The notes: generated by a model from the sequence alone, not told the origin. Counted from the first letter of the stretch, positions 29,310 through 39,146 are shown. The stretch: DNA of 40,161 nt from Nitrospirota bacterium (GCA_046753905.1 JBHHUU010000003.1:1-40161), one strand, 5' to 3'. Numbers and translations are program-made.

Positions 29310-31280
29310 ATGAATAATCAACAGTTATTTGTAGAGATATCTTTACCATATCCAAAAGGTACAAAAATTGTAAAGGAGATAGTTGAACTGAATGAAAATA
29401 TCCTGTCGTTTAAGATGAAGGAAGATGAGGGCTATTTGCTTCCAGGCACACCTTTGCGGAATCTTACAATTCAAAGAAATGGATATAAAAAACATATAGA
29501 TTCCGCTGTAGTAATTTATGCGGATAGGTTAGAAGAATATGGAGAGTATAATATCAGTACTCAATTTGAATCTCCCATGACTATCCCAGAATATCCTATT
29601 AAAGAGACTGACAATGGGGATAGACGAGAATATATCAGAATAATCAGAGAACTCCCCATTAAAATAAAACTTAGAGATCCCCTGAAAAAAAAGATGGTCT
29701 CTGTAGATGGTAATATTATTACATTATCTTATACTGGTATTTCTTTTTCTACTTACCAATCTCTTCCACACTCTATCTCACATATTAGAGTAGAGATTCC
29801 TCTCCCCCCTCCGTTTTTACCAGTAAGATCCAGAGCAAAAATTGTATGGAGAGATAAAGATAAACTATCTTATGGAGCAGAGTTTAAAAGAGAAGAACTG
29901 TCTCTACTGGAATTAGAAAGATTTTTATCTACCATTTCCAGAACTCAAAAAATAGATAGAAGGAATACCACTGATGAAAGGAGAAGTGTTATTGAAAAAA
30001 CAAAAGCAGCAGATAAAAGAGATACTGTTTTTTCAGTTAATGAAAAGAGAAAGATATACAGAAGGATTACTGATATATGGAGATTAGAATCAATAAACTC
30101 CTTTGATATCTCTGAAAAGATCCGCTTATTCAAGAGGCAGAAAGGATTGGGTTATAGTCATGAGGCTGTAAGACTTCAGAGAGAGTGGGTGGCTCAGGAG
30201 ACAGGTGTTGAATTAAAACATATTGGTGTGTTCTCTGAAGATACTGAAAAGATGCGTGGTAATATAGAGAATCTTATTGGGGTGGCTCAAGTACCTATTG
30301 GTATAGCAGGACCGTTAAAGATAAATGGCCAATATGCAAAAGGTGTCTTTTATGTCCCGATGGCAACTACTGAAGGCAGTCTGGTCTATACCTATACAAT
30401 TGGTATGCAGATACTCTCTATGTCAGGCGGCGCAAATACCATGATCCTGAAAGATGAGCTTCATATCTCACCTGTCTTCAGTTTTGAAAATCTTACAAAA
30501 TCAAAATGTTTTGTTGAGTGGTTAAACAATAATTTTAATAAAATTAAAGAACATGCCGAAAAGGTAACAAGACATGGCAGGCTTTTAAGAATAGAGCCTT
30601 ACATCTTTGACAGGAATGTCGTGGTCAAATTCTGCTATTCAACAGGCGATGCAATGGGGATGAATATGGTTACATTTGCTACTGATGCGGCATGTAAATA
30701 TATATCTCCTATAGTCAAACCAAAAAGATTTTATTTGCAGGCAAACTTTTCTTCTATTAAAAAGGTCACTGCTCATAATTTTGTGACAGGTTATGGAAAG
30801 AGTGTTGTTGGAGAGGCTGTTATCCCGCAAAGGCTTATCAAGAGGATATTTAATATTACTCCTAAAAGAATGGTGAAATTCTTTAATCTTGTGCTGCTTT
30901 CTACCACTCACGCAGGGATGATTGGAATGAATGCCCATGTTGCCAATCCATTGACTGCTATCTTTATTGCCTGTGGTCAGGATGCTGCAAATGTAGCTAA
31001 TTCTCATGTTGGGGTTATTAATTATGAGACAACAGAGAATGGAGACCTATATGTAAGTCTGAAACTCCCTAATCTACTTGTTGGGACAGTTGGCGGAGGA
31101 ACTGATATTGGAACACAGCATGAGTGCCTGAAATTATTAGGTTGTTACGGTTCAGGCAATGCCCTGAAATTTTCAGAGATTGTTACTGCGGCAGCATTGG
31201 CAGGGGAGATAAGTTTATGGTCAAGCGTTCTTAATGGATCATTTGCCGAAACCTTCAAAAAATATGCAAAAAAGCAATAA
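29310..31280 (+). CDS. PilZ-domain / class I HMG-CoA reductase-like fusion protein
   Basis: N-terminal RREYIR and LSYTG PilZ-type motifs; C-terminal ENLIG, PMATTEG, TGDAMGMNM, NAHVAN, GQDAA, GTVGGGT, GEISL. Confidence 0.88.
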   Translation: MNNQQLFVEISLPYPKGTKIVKEIVELNENILSFKMKEDEGYLLPGTPLRNLTIQRNGYKKHIDSAVVIYADRLEEYGEYNISTQFESPMTIPEYPIKETDNGDRREYIRIIRELPIKIKLRDPLKKKMVSVDGNIITLSYTGISFSTYQSLPHSISHIRVEIPLPPPFLPVRSRAKIVWRDKDKLSYGAEFKREELSLLELERFLSTISRTQKIDRRNTTDERRSVIEKTKAADKRDTVFSVNEKRKIYRRITDIWRLESINSFDISEKIRLFKRQKGLGYSHEAVRLQREWVAQETGVELKHIGVFSEDTEKMRGNIENLIGVAQVPIGIAGPLKINGQYAKGVFYVPMATTEGSLVYTYTIGMQILSMSGGANTMILKDELHISPVFSFENLTKSKCFVEWLNNNFNKIKEHAEKVTRHGRLLRIEPYIFDRNVVVKFCYSTGDAMGMNMVTFATDAACKYISPIVKPKRFYLQANFSSIKKVTAHNFVTGYGKSVVGEAVIPQRLIKRIFNITPKRMVKFFNLVLLSTTHAGMIGMNAHVANPLTAIFIACGQDAANVANSHVGVINYETTENGDLYVSLKLPNLLVGTVGGGTDIGTQHECLKLLGCYGSGNALKFSEIVTAAALAGEISLWSSVLNGSFAETFKKYAKKQ

Positions 31281-31296
31281 TGTGGAATAATTTATA

Positions 31297-34200
31297 ATGC
31301 TCGTAAAAGGGAAATCTTATAAAAGATTATATGATATCAATAACGTAATTAACAAAGGCGTGGTTTATGCAGGATTATTATGTATAGTAACAATTATAGT
31401 TTCCCTGTTTAAACTTATAGTTAACGAGAATAACCAGATAAACCCATACCTCTTTCCGCCATTAACTACCTCTATATTATTCTTTCTTTATGGTGTCTAT
31501 CTCTGTTCAAAAAATATCAAATCGTCTGTTAATAATACCTTTACGCTTTTTTTGATGTCTCTTGCAATATGGCTTTCAGGATATTCTGTTATCTACTCTA
31601 CTTCTAATTATAATGATGCCATTTTCTGGGGAAAATATCTTTATATCGGGGTGATATTTATACCAACTACCTTTTATCACTTCACCGTAGAACTCTTAAA
31701 GATAAAAGAACAGAAAAAAATAGTAGTCATTGCTTATTTAATAAGTTCTATATTTTTAATCTTCCTGTTTTCAACTGACTGGTTTGTGAAGGGACTGTAT
31801 AAATATTATTGGGGTTATTATGTTAAATCTGGTTTTATGCAGGGTATATTTCTTATATATTTCTTCGGAATATATTCTAAAGGACTTGTTAACTTATATA
31901 CAGGATATAAAAAGCAAAAAGCTCAGAAATCACCAGAGTACAAAAAGACACAATATGTATTCTGGGCATTTTTTGTCGCTGTTATAGGTGCAATTGATTA
32001 TCTTCCCAATTATGGGATTGAATATTATCCTCTTGGCTACCTATTAGTAGGAACACTCTTGTTTAGTATAAGTTATCTCATCATCCAATACAATCTGATG
32101 GATATCCAGACAGTAATGCATAAGACCCTCATCTGGGCAACCCTTTCCTCTATGGTTTTTGTCCCTGTATTTGGTATATTCTATATTGGCCATGACTGGC
32201 TTAACAATCTGGGGAATCTCTATATCTCTATCCTTGTCACAGGGATGTTTATGTTATTGCTCCTTTATACAAAGACCATCCAGCCCCGTATAGATCATCT
32301 CTTTCAGCGGCGGAAATATAATCTTCAGGATATCCTTGAGAATTTTATTCAGGAGATAGCTATACTTAAAGGTCTCGACAACCTTATAGATAAGATACTT
32401 CAAACAGTGATCTCTGCCTTCTACCTTGAGAATGCAAGTTTTGTGCTTTACAATAACAAAACAGGCGAGTATGAGCTTGCAAAAGAGATAGGTCTTAAAG
32501 TAAAAAAAGATTTTTCCACTAATGACAATAGATTTTTTAAGTGGGCAGAGGAATCCAACAGGGTAATTGAATTAACAGAGATAGATAATAATCCATCCTT
32601 AGTAAATATTAAAAGATCAGGGAGACGATATTTTAATAAAGTAAAAGCCATAATCGCCATACCTCTTATCCATAATCATAAGCTAATTGGTATGGTCAAC
32701 CTTGGACAAAAGAAAAATCTGAGGGGATTTGCAAGAATAGAGATAGATTTCCTTTCTCACCTGAAAGTTGAGACATCAATAGCCCTGAGCAACTCGCTCT
32801 TATTTGACGACATAACCAAGATGTCTGAAGAACTTCAGGAGTGGACTAATGAACTAGAACATAAGGTGGATGAGAGGACAAAAGAACTTGCAGATAGCAA
32901 TCAAGAGATTGAACAGGCTTACAACAAACTTAAAGAGCTCGATCATCTCAAATCAGAATTCTTTGCCAATATCAGCCATGAGTTGAGAACACCCCTTACA
33001 CTGATAATAGCGCCTATTGAGTCTATGCTGGCTGGAGAGCTGGGCAGGCACAAAAAGGAACGGATTGTGCATCTCAATATAATGTATGATAACTCGCTTC
33101 GTCTCCTGCGCCTTATAAACAATCTTTTGGACCTTGCCAAGATAGATGCAGGCAGGATGGAAATTTATTACACAAAGGCAAATATATCAGAATTTATAAA
33201 GGGTGTTCTATCATCAGTCTCTTCAGTAGCTGATAAGAAACGTATCAGATTGACCTATTCTTCTGAAGATAAATTTCCGGATATATACTTTGACAGGGAT
33301 AAGATGGAAAGGGTCATGTTAAATCTTATCTTTAATTCCCTGAAATTTACTGATGAGGGTGGAGAGATTATAATTAGCAATGGACAGGATAATGGAAATA
33401 TATGGGTAAAGATAAAAGATACAGGCATTGGGATACCGAGGGAGTATCTGTCAAAGATATTTCAGAGATTTTCTCAGGTAGATGGATCAGCAAGACGAAA
33501 ATATGGAGGGACAGGCATAGGTCTTGCGTTAACAAAGGAGATAGTAGAGCTGCATAATGGAAAGATATATGCAGAAAGTGAAAAAGGAAAGGGCACTACA
33601 ATTAAATTTACTGTACCTGCAATTACAGAGATGGGTGAGCTCTATCAGGAGGAAGAAAGGATTTATAAGAATGACGATGATTGGACACGCAATATTTATA
33701 AAATTGCTGAATATAGCACAGCAGATGCCATGGGGCATAAAAAGGATAGTGCAAGATTGAAAAAGGTTGAAAAAGATAAAGATATTGATCCAAAGAAAGA
33801 AAAGATACTCATTGTAGAGGATAATATAGATATGGTCAATTTTATATCACTTCAACTTGAGGATGAGTATGAGATAGAGAAGGCAGGGGATGGTGCAGAA
33901 GGGGTAGAAGAGGCAAAGAAGGGTTTGCCAGACCTTATTATCTCAGATGTAATGATGCCTTTAAAGGATGGGTATCAGCTTCTAAAGGAGATAAAGTCAG
34001 ATTTTAATACCAGACACATACCTGTAATTCTCCTCACTGCAAAGGCTGATCTGTCAGATAAGATAGATGGTCTTGAATATGGGGCAGACGATTATCTTAC
34101 CAAACCCTTTAATTCCCAAGAATTAAAAGCAAAGATAAGGTCATTAATAAATTTAAGAAAACTTGAAAAAGAGATACAGGAGAGAAACGAAGAGCTTGAA

Positions 34201-35004
34201 AAGACATTAAAAGAATTGAGAAATACCCAGGCACAGCTTATTCATTCAGAAAAGATGGCAGCATTGGGCGTATTAGTTGCAGGTGTTGCCCATGAGATAA
34301 GCAATCCTGTGAGCTTTACCAAAGGGAGTATTAACAATATCAGCAGGTGTTTTAACAATGTAAGAGATATCCTTAATAGAAATCCATTAATTAAAGATAA
34401 AGCAAGAGAGAGTATTGAAGATATGGAATCTTCTTTAAATATAGTCAAAACTGGACTTGAAAGAACAGAAGGTATTGTGATTGACCTGAAGACCTTTGTG
34501 CGAAAGGATCAATTTAATTTTAACATGATGGATATCCATAAAGGACTGGATTCTACTCTGCAGCTCTTACAGTATGAGATAAAACATAAAATTAATCTCC
34601 ATAAAGACTATGGAAATATCAGAAGGATAGAAGCTATTGCAGGTCATATCAATCAGGTGTTTATGAATATATTGCAGAATGCAATTCAGGCAATTAGTGG
34701 AAAGGGTGATATCTGGATAAAGACAGAGGAGCAGATTGATAATGATATGGTTATCATATCTATAAAGGATAATGGTATGGGAATAAAAGAAGAATACCTG
34801 TCAAGAATCTGTGAGCCATTTTTTACAACAAAGGATGTAGGAAAGGGAACAGGATTAGGGCTATCTGTCTCCTATAAGATCATTGAAACCCACGGAGGTA
34901 AGATTGAAGTGAAAAGCAGGGATGGAGAGGGAACAGAATTTATTATAGTATTACCGATTACACAATCAAAAAGGGATATATTGACACTGAGTGCTGTAGG
35001 ATAG
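31297..35004 (+). CDS. Multi-TM (HisKA_7TM-like) + GAF hybrid sensor kinase with two kinase modules (HisKA-HATPase-REC-HisKA-HATPase)
   Basis: About 330-aa hydrophobic N-terminus; GAF (AIPL...GMVNLG); H-boxes SHELRTPL and AHEISNPV; REC IISDVMMP; two G-boxes GTGIGL and GTGLGL. Confidence 0.92.
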   Translation: MLVKGKSYKRLYDINNVINKGVVYAGLLCIVTIIVSLFKLIVNENNQINPYLFPPLTTSILFFLYGVYLCSKNIKSSVNNTFTLFLMSLAIWLSGYSVIYSTSNYNDAIFWGKYLYIGVIFIPTTFYHFTVELLKIKEQKKIVVIAYLISSIFLIFLFSTDWFVKGLYKYYWGYYVKSGFMQGIFLIYFFGIYSKGLVNLYTGYKKQKAQKSPEYKKTQYVFWAFFVAVIGAIDYLPNYGIEYYPLGYLLVGTLLFSISYLIIQYNLMDIQTVMHKTLIWATLSSMVFVPVFGIFYIGHDWLNNLGNLYISILVTGMFMLLLLYTKTIQPRIDHLFQRRKYNLQDILENFIQEIAILKGLDNLIDKILQTVISAFYLENASFVLYNNKTGEYELAKEIGLKVKKDFSTNDNRFFKWAEESNRVIELTEIDNNPSLVNIKRSGRRYFNKVKAIIAIPLIHNHKLIGMVNLGQKKNLRGFARIEIDFLSHLKVETSIALSNSLLFDDITKMSEELQEWTNELEHKVDERTKELADSNQEIEQAYNKLKELDHLKSEFFANISHELRTPLTLIIAPIESMLAGELGRHKKERIVHLNIMYDNSLRLLRLINNLLDLAKIDAGRMEIYYTKANISEFIKGVLSSVSSVADKKRIRLTYSSEDKFPDIYFDRDKMERVMLNLIFNSLKFTDEGGEIIISNGQDNGNIWVKIKDTGIGIPREYLSKIFQRFSQVDGSARRKYGGTGIGLALTKEIVELHNGKIYAESEKGKGTTIKFTVPAITEMGELYQEEERIYKNDDDWTRNIYKIAEYSTADAMGHKKDSARLKKVEKDKDIDPKKEKILIVEDNIDMVNFISLQLEDEYEIEKAGDGAEGVEEAKKGLPDLIISDVMMPLKDGYQLLKEIKSDFNTRHIPVILLTAKADLSDKIDGLEYGADDYLTKPFNSQELKAKIRSLINLRKLEKEIQERNEELEKTLKELRNTQAQLIHSEKMAALGVLVAGVAHEISNPVSFTKGSINNISRCFNNVRDILNRNPLIKDKARESIEDMESSLNIVKTGLERTEGIVIDLKTFVRKDQFNFNMMDIHKGLDSTLQLLQYEIKHKINLHKDYGNIRRIEAIAGHINQVFMNILQNAIQAISGKGDIWIKTEEQIDNDMVIISIKDNGMGIKEEYLSRICEPFFTTKDVGKGTGLGLSVSYKIIETHGGKIEVKSRDGEGTEFIIVLPITQSKRDILTLSAVG

Positions 35005-35009
35005 GTATT

Positions 35010-36221
35010 ATGAGAAAATATGATATGGAGTCATGGAAAGGGATCAATTATAAAAGCTATCCCATCCTATTTGTTGATGATGAAAGGCTGGCATTAGAGA
35101 CCTTTAATATACAATTTAAGAATGAATTTGATATCCATACGGCAAATAATGTAAAAGAGGCAATCTCTATTCTTGACAGGGTAGATATAGCGGTTGTTAT
35201 TACTGACCAGCGCATGCCTGATATGGGTGGTATAGAGTTGTTAAAAATGATAAAGATAAAGAGCCCAGAAGTAGTAAGGATGTTAATAACCGCTTATACT
35301 GACATGGATGTTGTAATAGACGCCATTAATAAAGGGAATGTCTATCGCTATATTACAAAGCCATACAACGAAGATGAAGTCAGAATATCTATTACACAGG
35401 GGATTGAGAGATATTTTTTAACAAGAGAAAGAGACCGTCTCTATGCAGAAAAGATAGAGACATTAAAGAAGATATCCAGGGCAAATAGACTTACCTCTGT
35501 TGGGACATTGGCCGCAGGCATGGCTCATGAGATAAATAATCCCCTTGCTGCCATCAGCACTTTTCTGCAATTAGTTCCGCAGAAATATGAAGAAGAGAAA
35601 AGGGATGATGGATTTTGGGATAATTATTACCATGTTGTTCTCGAAGAATTAGAGAGGATACGAAATATAATTGTAAGGCTTCTACAGTATTCAAAATTTA
35701 TTCCGAAAGAAGAGTTAGAGTTAGAGGAAAAAGATATAAATACTATTCTGGAAAATATGATTATCTTTATTGAAAATGAGGCAAGGAGGAGAGAGATAAT
35801 TATAAAGAGAGACTATAAAAAAGATATATTGAAGATAATGGTAAATACAGAGAGTATAAAACAGGTCTTTTTAAATTTACTGCTCAATGCTATTCAGGCT
35901 ATGCCGAATGGAGGTGAAATAATTGCTAGAACAAGGAATAAAATAGGGAGTGATAATAGTAAACTTATTGAAGTGTCAATAATAGATACAGGGATAGGTA
36001 TATCAGAAGAAAACCTTAAAAAATTATTTGCTCCTTTTTTTACTACTAAAAATCAGGAGGGCAGTGGACTTGGATTGATCGCCTGCTATCAGATTGTAGA
36101 TAGCCACAGAGGGACAATAGATGTACAGTCTGAGCTTGGAAAAGGGGCTTCCTTTACAGTCACCCTTCCATTAAATCCTACTACCCATGACAGAAGAAAG
36201 GGAGAAAGAAGAGGGGAATAA
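35010..36221 (+). CDS. Cytoplasmic REC-HisKA-HATPase hybrid kinase
   Basis: FVDDE, ITDQRMP, AHEINNPL, NLLLNA, DTGIGI, GSGLGL. Confidence 0.92.
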   Translation: MRKYDMESWKGINYKSYPILFVDDERLALETFNIQFKNEFDIHTANNVKEAISILDRVDIAVVITDQRMPDMGGIELLKMIKIKSPEVVRMLITAYTDMDVVIDAINKGNVYRYITKPYNEDEVRISITQGIERYFLTRERDRLYAEKIETLKKISRANRLTSVGTLAAGMAHEINNPLAAISTFLQLVPQKYEEEKRDDGFWDNYYHVVLEELERIRNIIVRLLQYSKFIPKEELELEEKDINTILENMIIFIENEARRREIIIKRDYKKDILKIMVNTESIKQVFLNLLLNAIQAMPNGGEIIARTRNKIGSDNSKLIEVSIIDTGIGISEENLKKLFAPFFTTKNQEGSGLGLIACYQIVDSHRGTIDVQSELGKGASFTVTLPLNPTTHDRRKGERRGE

Positions 36222-36232
36222 TCCTTAACATT

Positions 36233-37633
36233 ATGAAGAGTATTTTAATTGTTGATGATGAATCGGGTGTAAGAGAGTCTATCAGGATGATACTGAAAAA
36301 GGAATATCTCACCCTGATGGCTGCTAATGGTGAAGATGCCATTAATCTTTTTAAGGAAGAACATCCCAATCTAGTGCTGTTAGATATAATTATGCCTGAT
36401 ATTGATGGAATAGAGGTGTTAAAAAAGCTAAGAGAGATTAATAAATCTATTCCTGTAATTATGGTCACAGCCGTACAGATGGTTAAAACAGCAGTGGAGG
36501 CAATGAAATCAGGTGCTGCAGATTATATTACAAAGCCATTTGATATTGATGAGCTGAAATTAGCTGTTAGCCGAACACTTGCCACTCAGGAACTTGAGAA
36601 GGATGTCAAATATCTGCTTTCAGAGTTAATAAAAAGGTATAATATTGTCGGAAAGAGTAAATTAATGATGGATGTCTATTCAAGGATCCATCAGATAGCT
36701 GATACAAAGACAACAGTATTGATCTTAGGTGAGAGTGGAACAGGGAAGGAATTGGCAGCAAGAGCTCTTCATTATAATAGTTCCCGCTGTCATAAGCCTT
36801 TTGTCCTTGTAAACTGTGCGGCAATCCCTGAGTCATTAATAGAGAGCGAGCTTTTTGGCCACGAAAAAGGGGCATTTACAGATGCTCATATCAGAAGAGA
36901 GGGACAGTTTGAAGCAGCCAATAATGGGAGTCTGTTTTTAGATGAGATAGGTGATCTAAGCCTTGCCACACAGGCTAAACTGTTAAGGGTAATTCAGGAA
37001 AGGGAATTTGCAAGGGTGGGAGGAACAAAGACAATAAAAGTTGATGTAAGACTTATTACAGCCACTAATAAAAACTTAGAGGAGGCAATGAGAGATGGAA
37101 GATTCAGAGAAGACCTCTATTATAGAATAAATGTAGTACCAATATATCTTCCATCACTTAGAGAAAGAACTGAGGATATCCCTCTATTAGTAAAATATTT
37201 TTTAAAAAAGAATGCTGAAGAAGAAGGTAAGATGCTAAAGGAAATATCTCAGAATGCAATGGATTTTCTGGTCAGATATCAATGGCCGGGAAATGTAAGG
37301 GAGCTTGAAAATATTATTGAACAGATAGTAGTGTTATCTTCCAATGACAAAATAATGACTGATGACCTTCCCATTCATATAAAGAGTCAGACAGTATCAA
37401 GGGCATTAAAAGAAAAGACTTTATCAGGAAGGATATCTTTTGAAAGGGCTGTAATGGAGTTTGAGAAAGAGATAATATTTGAGACATTGAAAAGAGCTAA
37501 TTACATTCAGACACATGCCGCCAACCTGTTATCCATCAGCAGAAGGATGTTAAAATATAAGATGGATAATCTTGGAATCACTTTAACAAGAGACGGTGTA
37601 TCCATAGCACGAAAAAGGCAAACAAAACTATAA
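36233..37633 (+). CDS. sigma54-dependent response regulator (NtrC/AtoC family enhancer-binding protein)
   Basis: REC domain, Walker A GESGTGKE, GAFTDA loop, FLDEIG, WPGNVRELEN, C-terminal Fis-type HTH. Confidence 0.95.
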   Translation: MKSILIVDDESGVRESIRMILKKEYLTLMAANGEDAINLFKEEHPNLVLLDIIMPDIDGIEVLKKLREINKSIPVIMVTAVQMVKTAVEAMKSGAADYITKPFDIDELKLAVSRTLATQELEKDVKYLLSELIKRYNIVGKSKLMMDVYSRIHQIADTKTTVLILGESGTGKELAARALHYNSSRCHKPFVLVNCAAIPESLIESELFGHEKGAFTDAHIRREGQFEAANNGSLFLDEIGDLSLATQAKLLRVIQEREFARVGGTKTIKVDVRLITATNKNLEEAMRDGRFREDLYYRINVVPIYLPSLRERTEDIPLLVKYFLKKNAEEEGKMLKEISQNAMDFLVRYQWPGNVRELENIIEQIVVLSSNDKIMTDDLPIHIKSQTVSRALKEKTLSGRISFERAVMEFEKEIIFETLKRANYIQTHAANLLSISRRMLKYKMDNLGITLTRDGVSIARKRQTKL

Positions 37634-37646
37634 TCAGGAGAGAAAG

Positions 37647-38792
37647 ATGAATGAAAGAGCACATATTTTAATTGTAGATGATGAGATTGGTCCAAGGGAA
37701 TCATTAAAGATGATTTTAAATTCTTCTTATGATGTCTTTATTGCTGAAAATGGTGAAAAGGCAATCAAATTATTGAGTGAACAGGATGTTGATATAGTTA
37801 CCTTAGACCTTAGAATGCCAGGGCTTCAAGGCACTGAAGTATTAAGAGAGATCAAAAGGCTAAAGAGTGAAATAGAGGTTGTTATTATAACAGGTTATGG
37901 GAGTTTAAACACTGCTGTTGATGGAATTAGATATGGCGCTGCAGATTATTTGATGAAACCATTTAATGTAACAGAGATACTCAGTGTAATAGCAGGGATA
38001 TTGGATAAAAAGAAATCGTATGACCAGTTAAAAGGATTTTTGACAGATATAGAAAAACAGATAGCGTCAGGAGCAGATTTAGATGAGATAAAGAAAAAGA
38101 TAATTGATAGTCATGATTTTTTTAACAAGATAAGAAATATCGTGCAGAGCAGATTTAATGATAATGTAAAGAAAAGAGATATTGACTGCCTTGAGGTTAC
38201 AAGAGTATTAGCAGATATCTTAGATGGTAAAGAACCTCATACCCGTGGACATTCAAGCAGAGTAAATTATTATTCCAATCTCATTGCCCAGAAACTTGAA
38301 TTATCACGGGATGACAGGCATGACCTTCAGATCGGCGCTTTTTTACATGATATAGGTAAAATTGGAGTAGATAATAAGATAATATTAAAAAGTGGAAGTC
38401 TTTCAAAGACTGAGAGAGAGATAATAAAAAATCATTGTGATATAGCTGTGCAACTCCTGACACCACTGGAATTATCGCCTCAAATACTCTCAATAATAAG
38501 ACATCATCATGAGTTTTATAATGGCAGAGGGTATCCTGATGGTCTGAAAGGAGATGATATCTCTGTTCTGGCAAGGATTGTCACATTAGCCGATTCATTT
38601 GACACAATGCTGACAGATCTTCCTTATAAAAAGGGAAGGTCAATAGATGAGGCATTAGCTGAAATAAAGAGATGTGAAGGAACACAGTTTGATCCCATGA
38701 TAGTGCAGATATTTTTAAGGATAATAGAGAATGACAGAGATAATATAATAATAAATTTTTCTACTAAGAAAAAGGAGCTATTTCAAAATTAG
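37647..38792 (+). CDS. REC-HD-GYP cyclic-dinucleotide phosphodiesterase (RpfG-like)
   Basis: REC (LDLRMP); HTRGHS, LHDIGK, HHE..GRGYPDGL, ADSFD, GTQFDP. Confidence 0.92.
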   Translation: MNERAHILIVDDEIGPRESLKMILNSSYDVFIAENGEKAIKLLSEQDVDIVTLDLRMPGLQGTEVLREIKRLKSEIEVVIITGYGSLNTAVDGIRYGAADYLMKPFNVTEILSVIAGILDKKKSYDQLKGFLTDIEKQIASGADLDEIKKKIIDSHDFFNKIRNIVQSRFNDNVKKRDIDCLEVTRVLADILDGKEPHTRGHSSRVNYYSNLIAQKLELSRDDRHDLQIGAFLHDIGKIGVDNKIILKSGSLSKTEREIIKNHCDIAVQLLTPLELSPQILSIIRHHHEFYNGRGYPDGLKGDDISVLARIVTLADSFDTMLTDLPYKKGRSIDEALAEIKRCEGTQFDPMIVQIFLRIIENDRDNIIINFSTKKKELFQN

Positions 38793-38795
38793 AGT

Positions 38796-39146
38796 TTAAC
38801 CTCTTCCCCCGCTCTCTATCTCATTTTTTAATATCGCCAACTGTTGAGTCAGTTCCTTAACCTGATCAGTTAAGTTGGATATCTTTATAGAGTAATGGAG
38901 ACTAATAAGCATCAGAAATATTAATCCTGATAAAAAAAGAGTTGATGTGGGGAGTATAGCTCCAATAAGTGCTGTAATCCATTTCAACAGGTTATACCAG
39001 AGAGATAAAATAATAATAATCGTTCCTGTCATTAACCATAACCAGGAATATTCCTCTCGCAGCTTTCTCTTTTTTACCAGCTCAATTATCATTATAAAGA
39101 TTGAAACAGCCATGGTTATTGCAACTGTTTTTTGACGAATAGTCAT
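38796..39146 (-). CDS. DUF2304 family small membrane protein
   Basis: LVKKRKLREEYSWLW, three hydrophobic helices and a coiled-coil tail; AAGGAGG SD before ATG 39146; usual partner of the adjacent GT2. Confidence 0.8.
   Translation of the reverse strand: MTIRQKTVAITMAVSIFIMIIELVKKRKLREEYSWLWLMTGTIIIILSLWYNLLKWITALIGAILPTSTLFLSGLIFLMLISLHYSIKISNLTDQVKELTQQLAILKNEIESGGRG

Noticed and set aside
29310-31280. Annotation as ordinary mevalonate-pathway hmgA
   Set aside because: HMG-binding residues are altered, it is fused to PilZ, and the context is signalling with no pathway genes; gene symbol withheld.
36860-36890. GAFTDA instead of GAFTGA as a sign of an inactive activator
   Set aside because: GAFTDA is a common variant among sigma54 activators, and the key F and T are retained.
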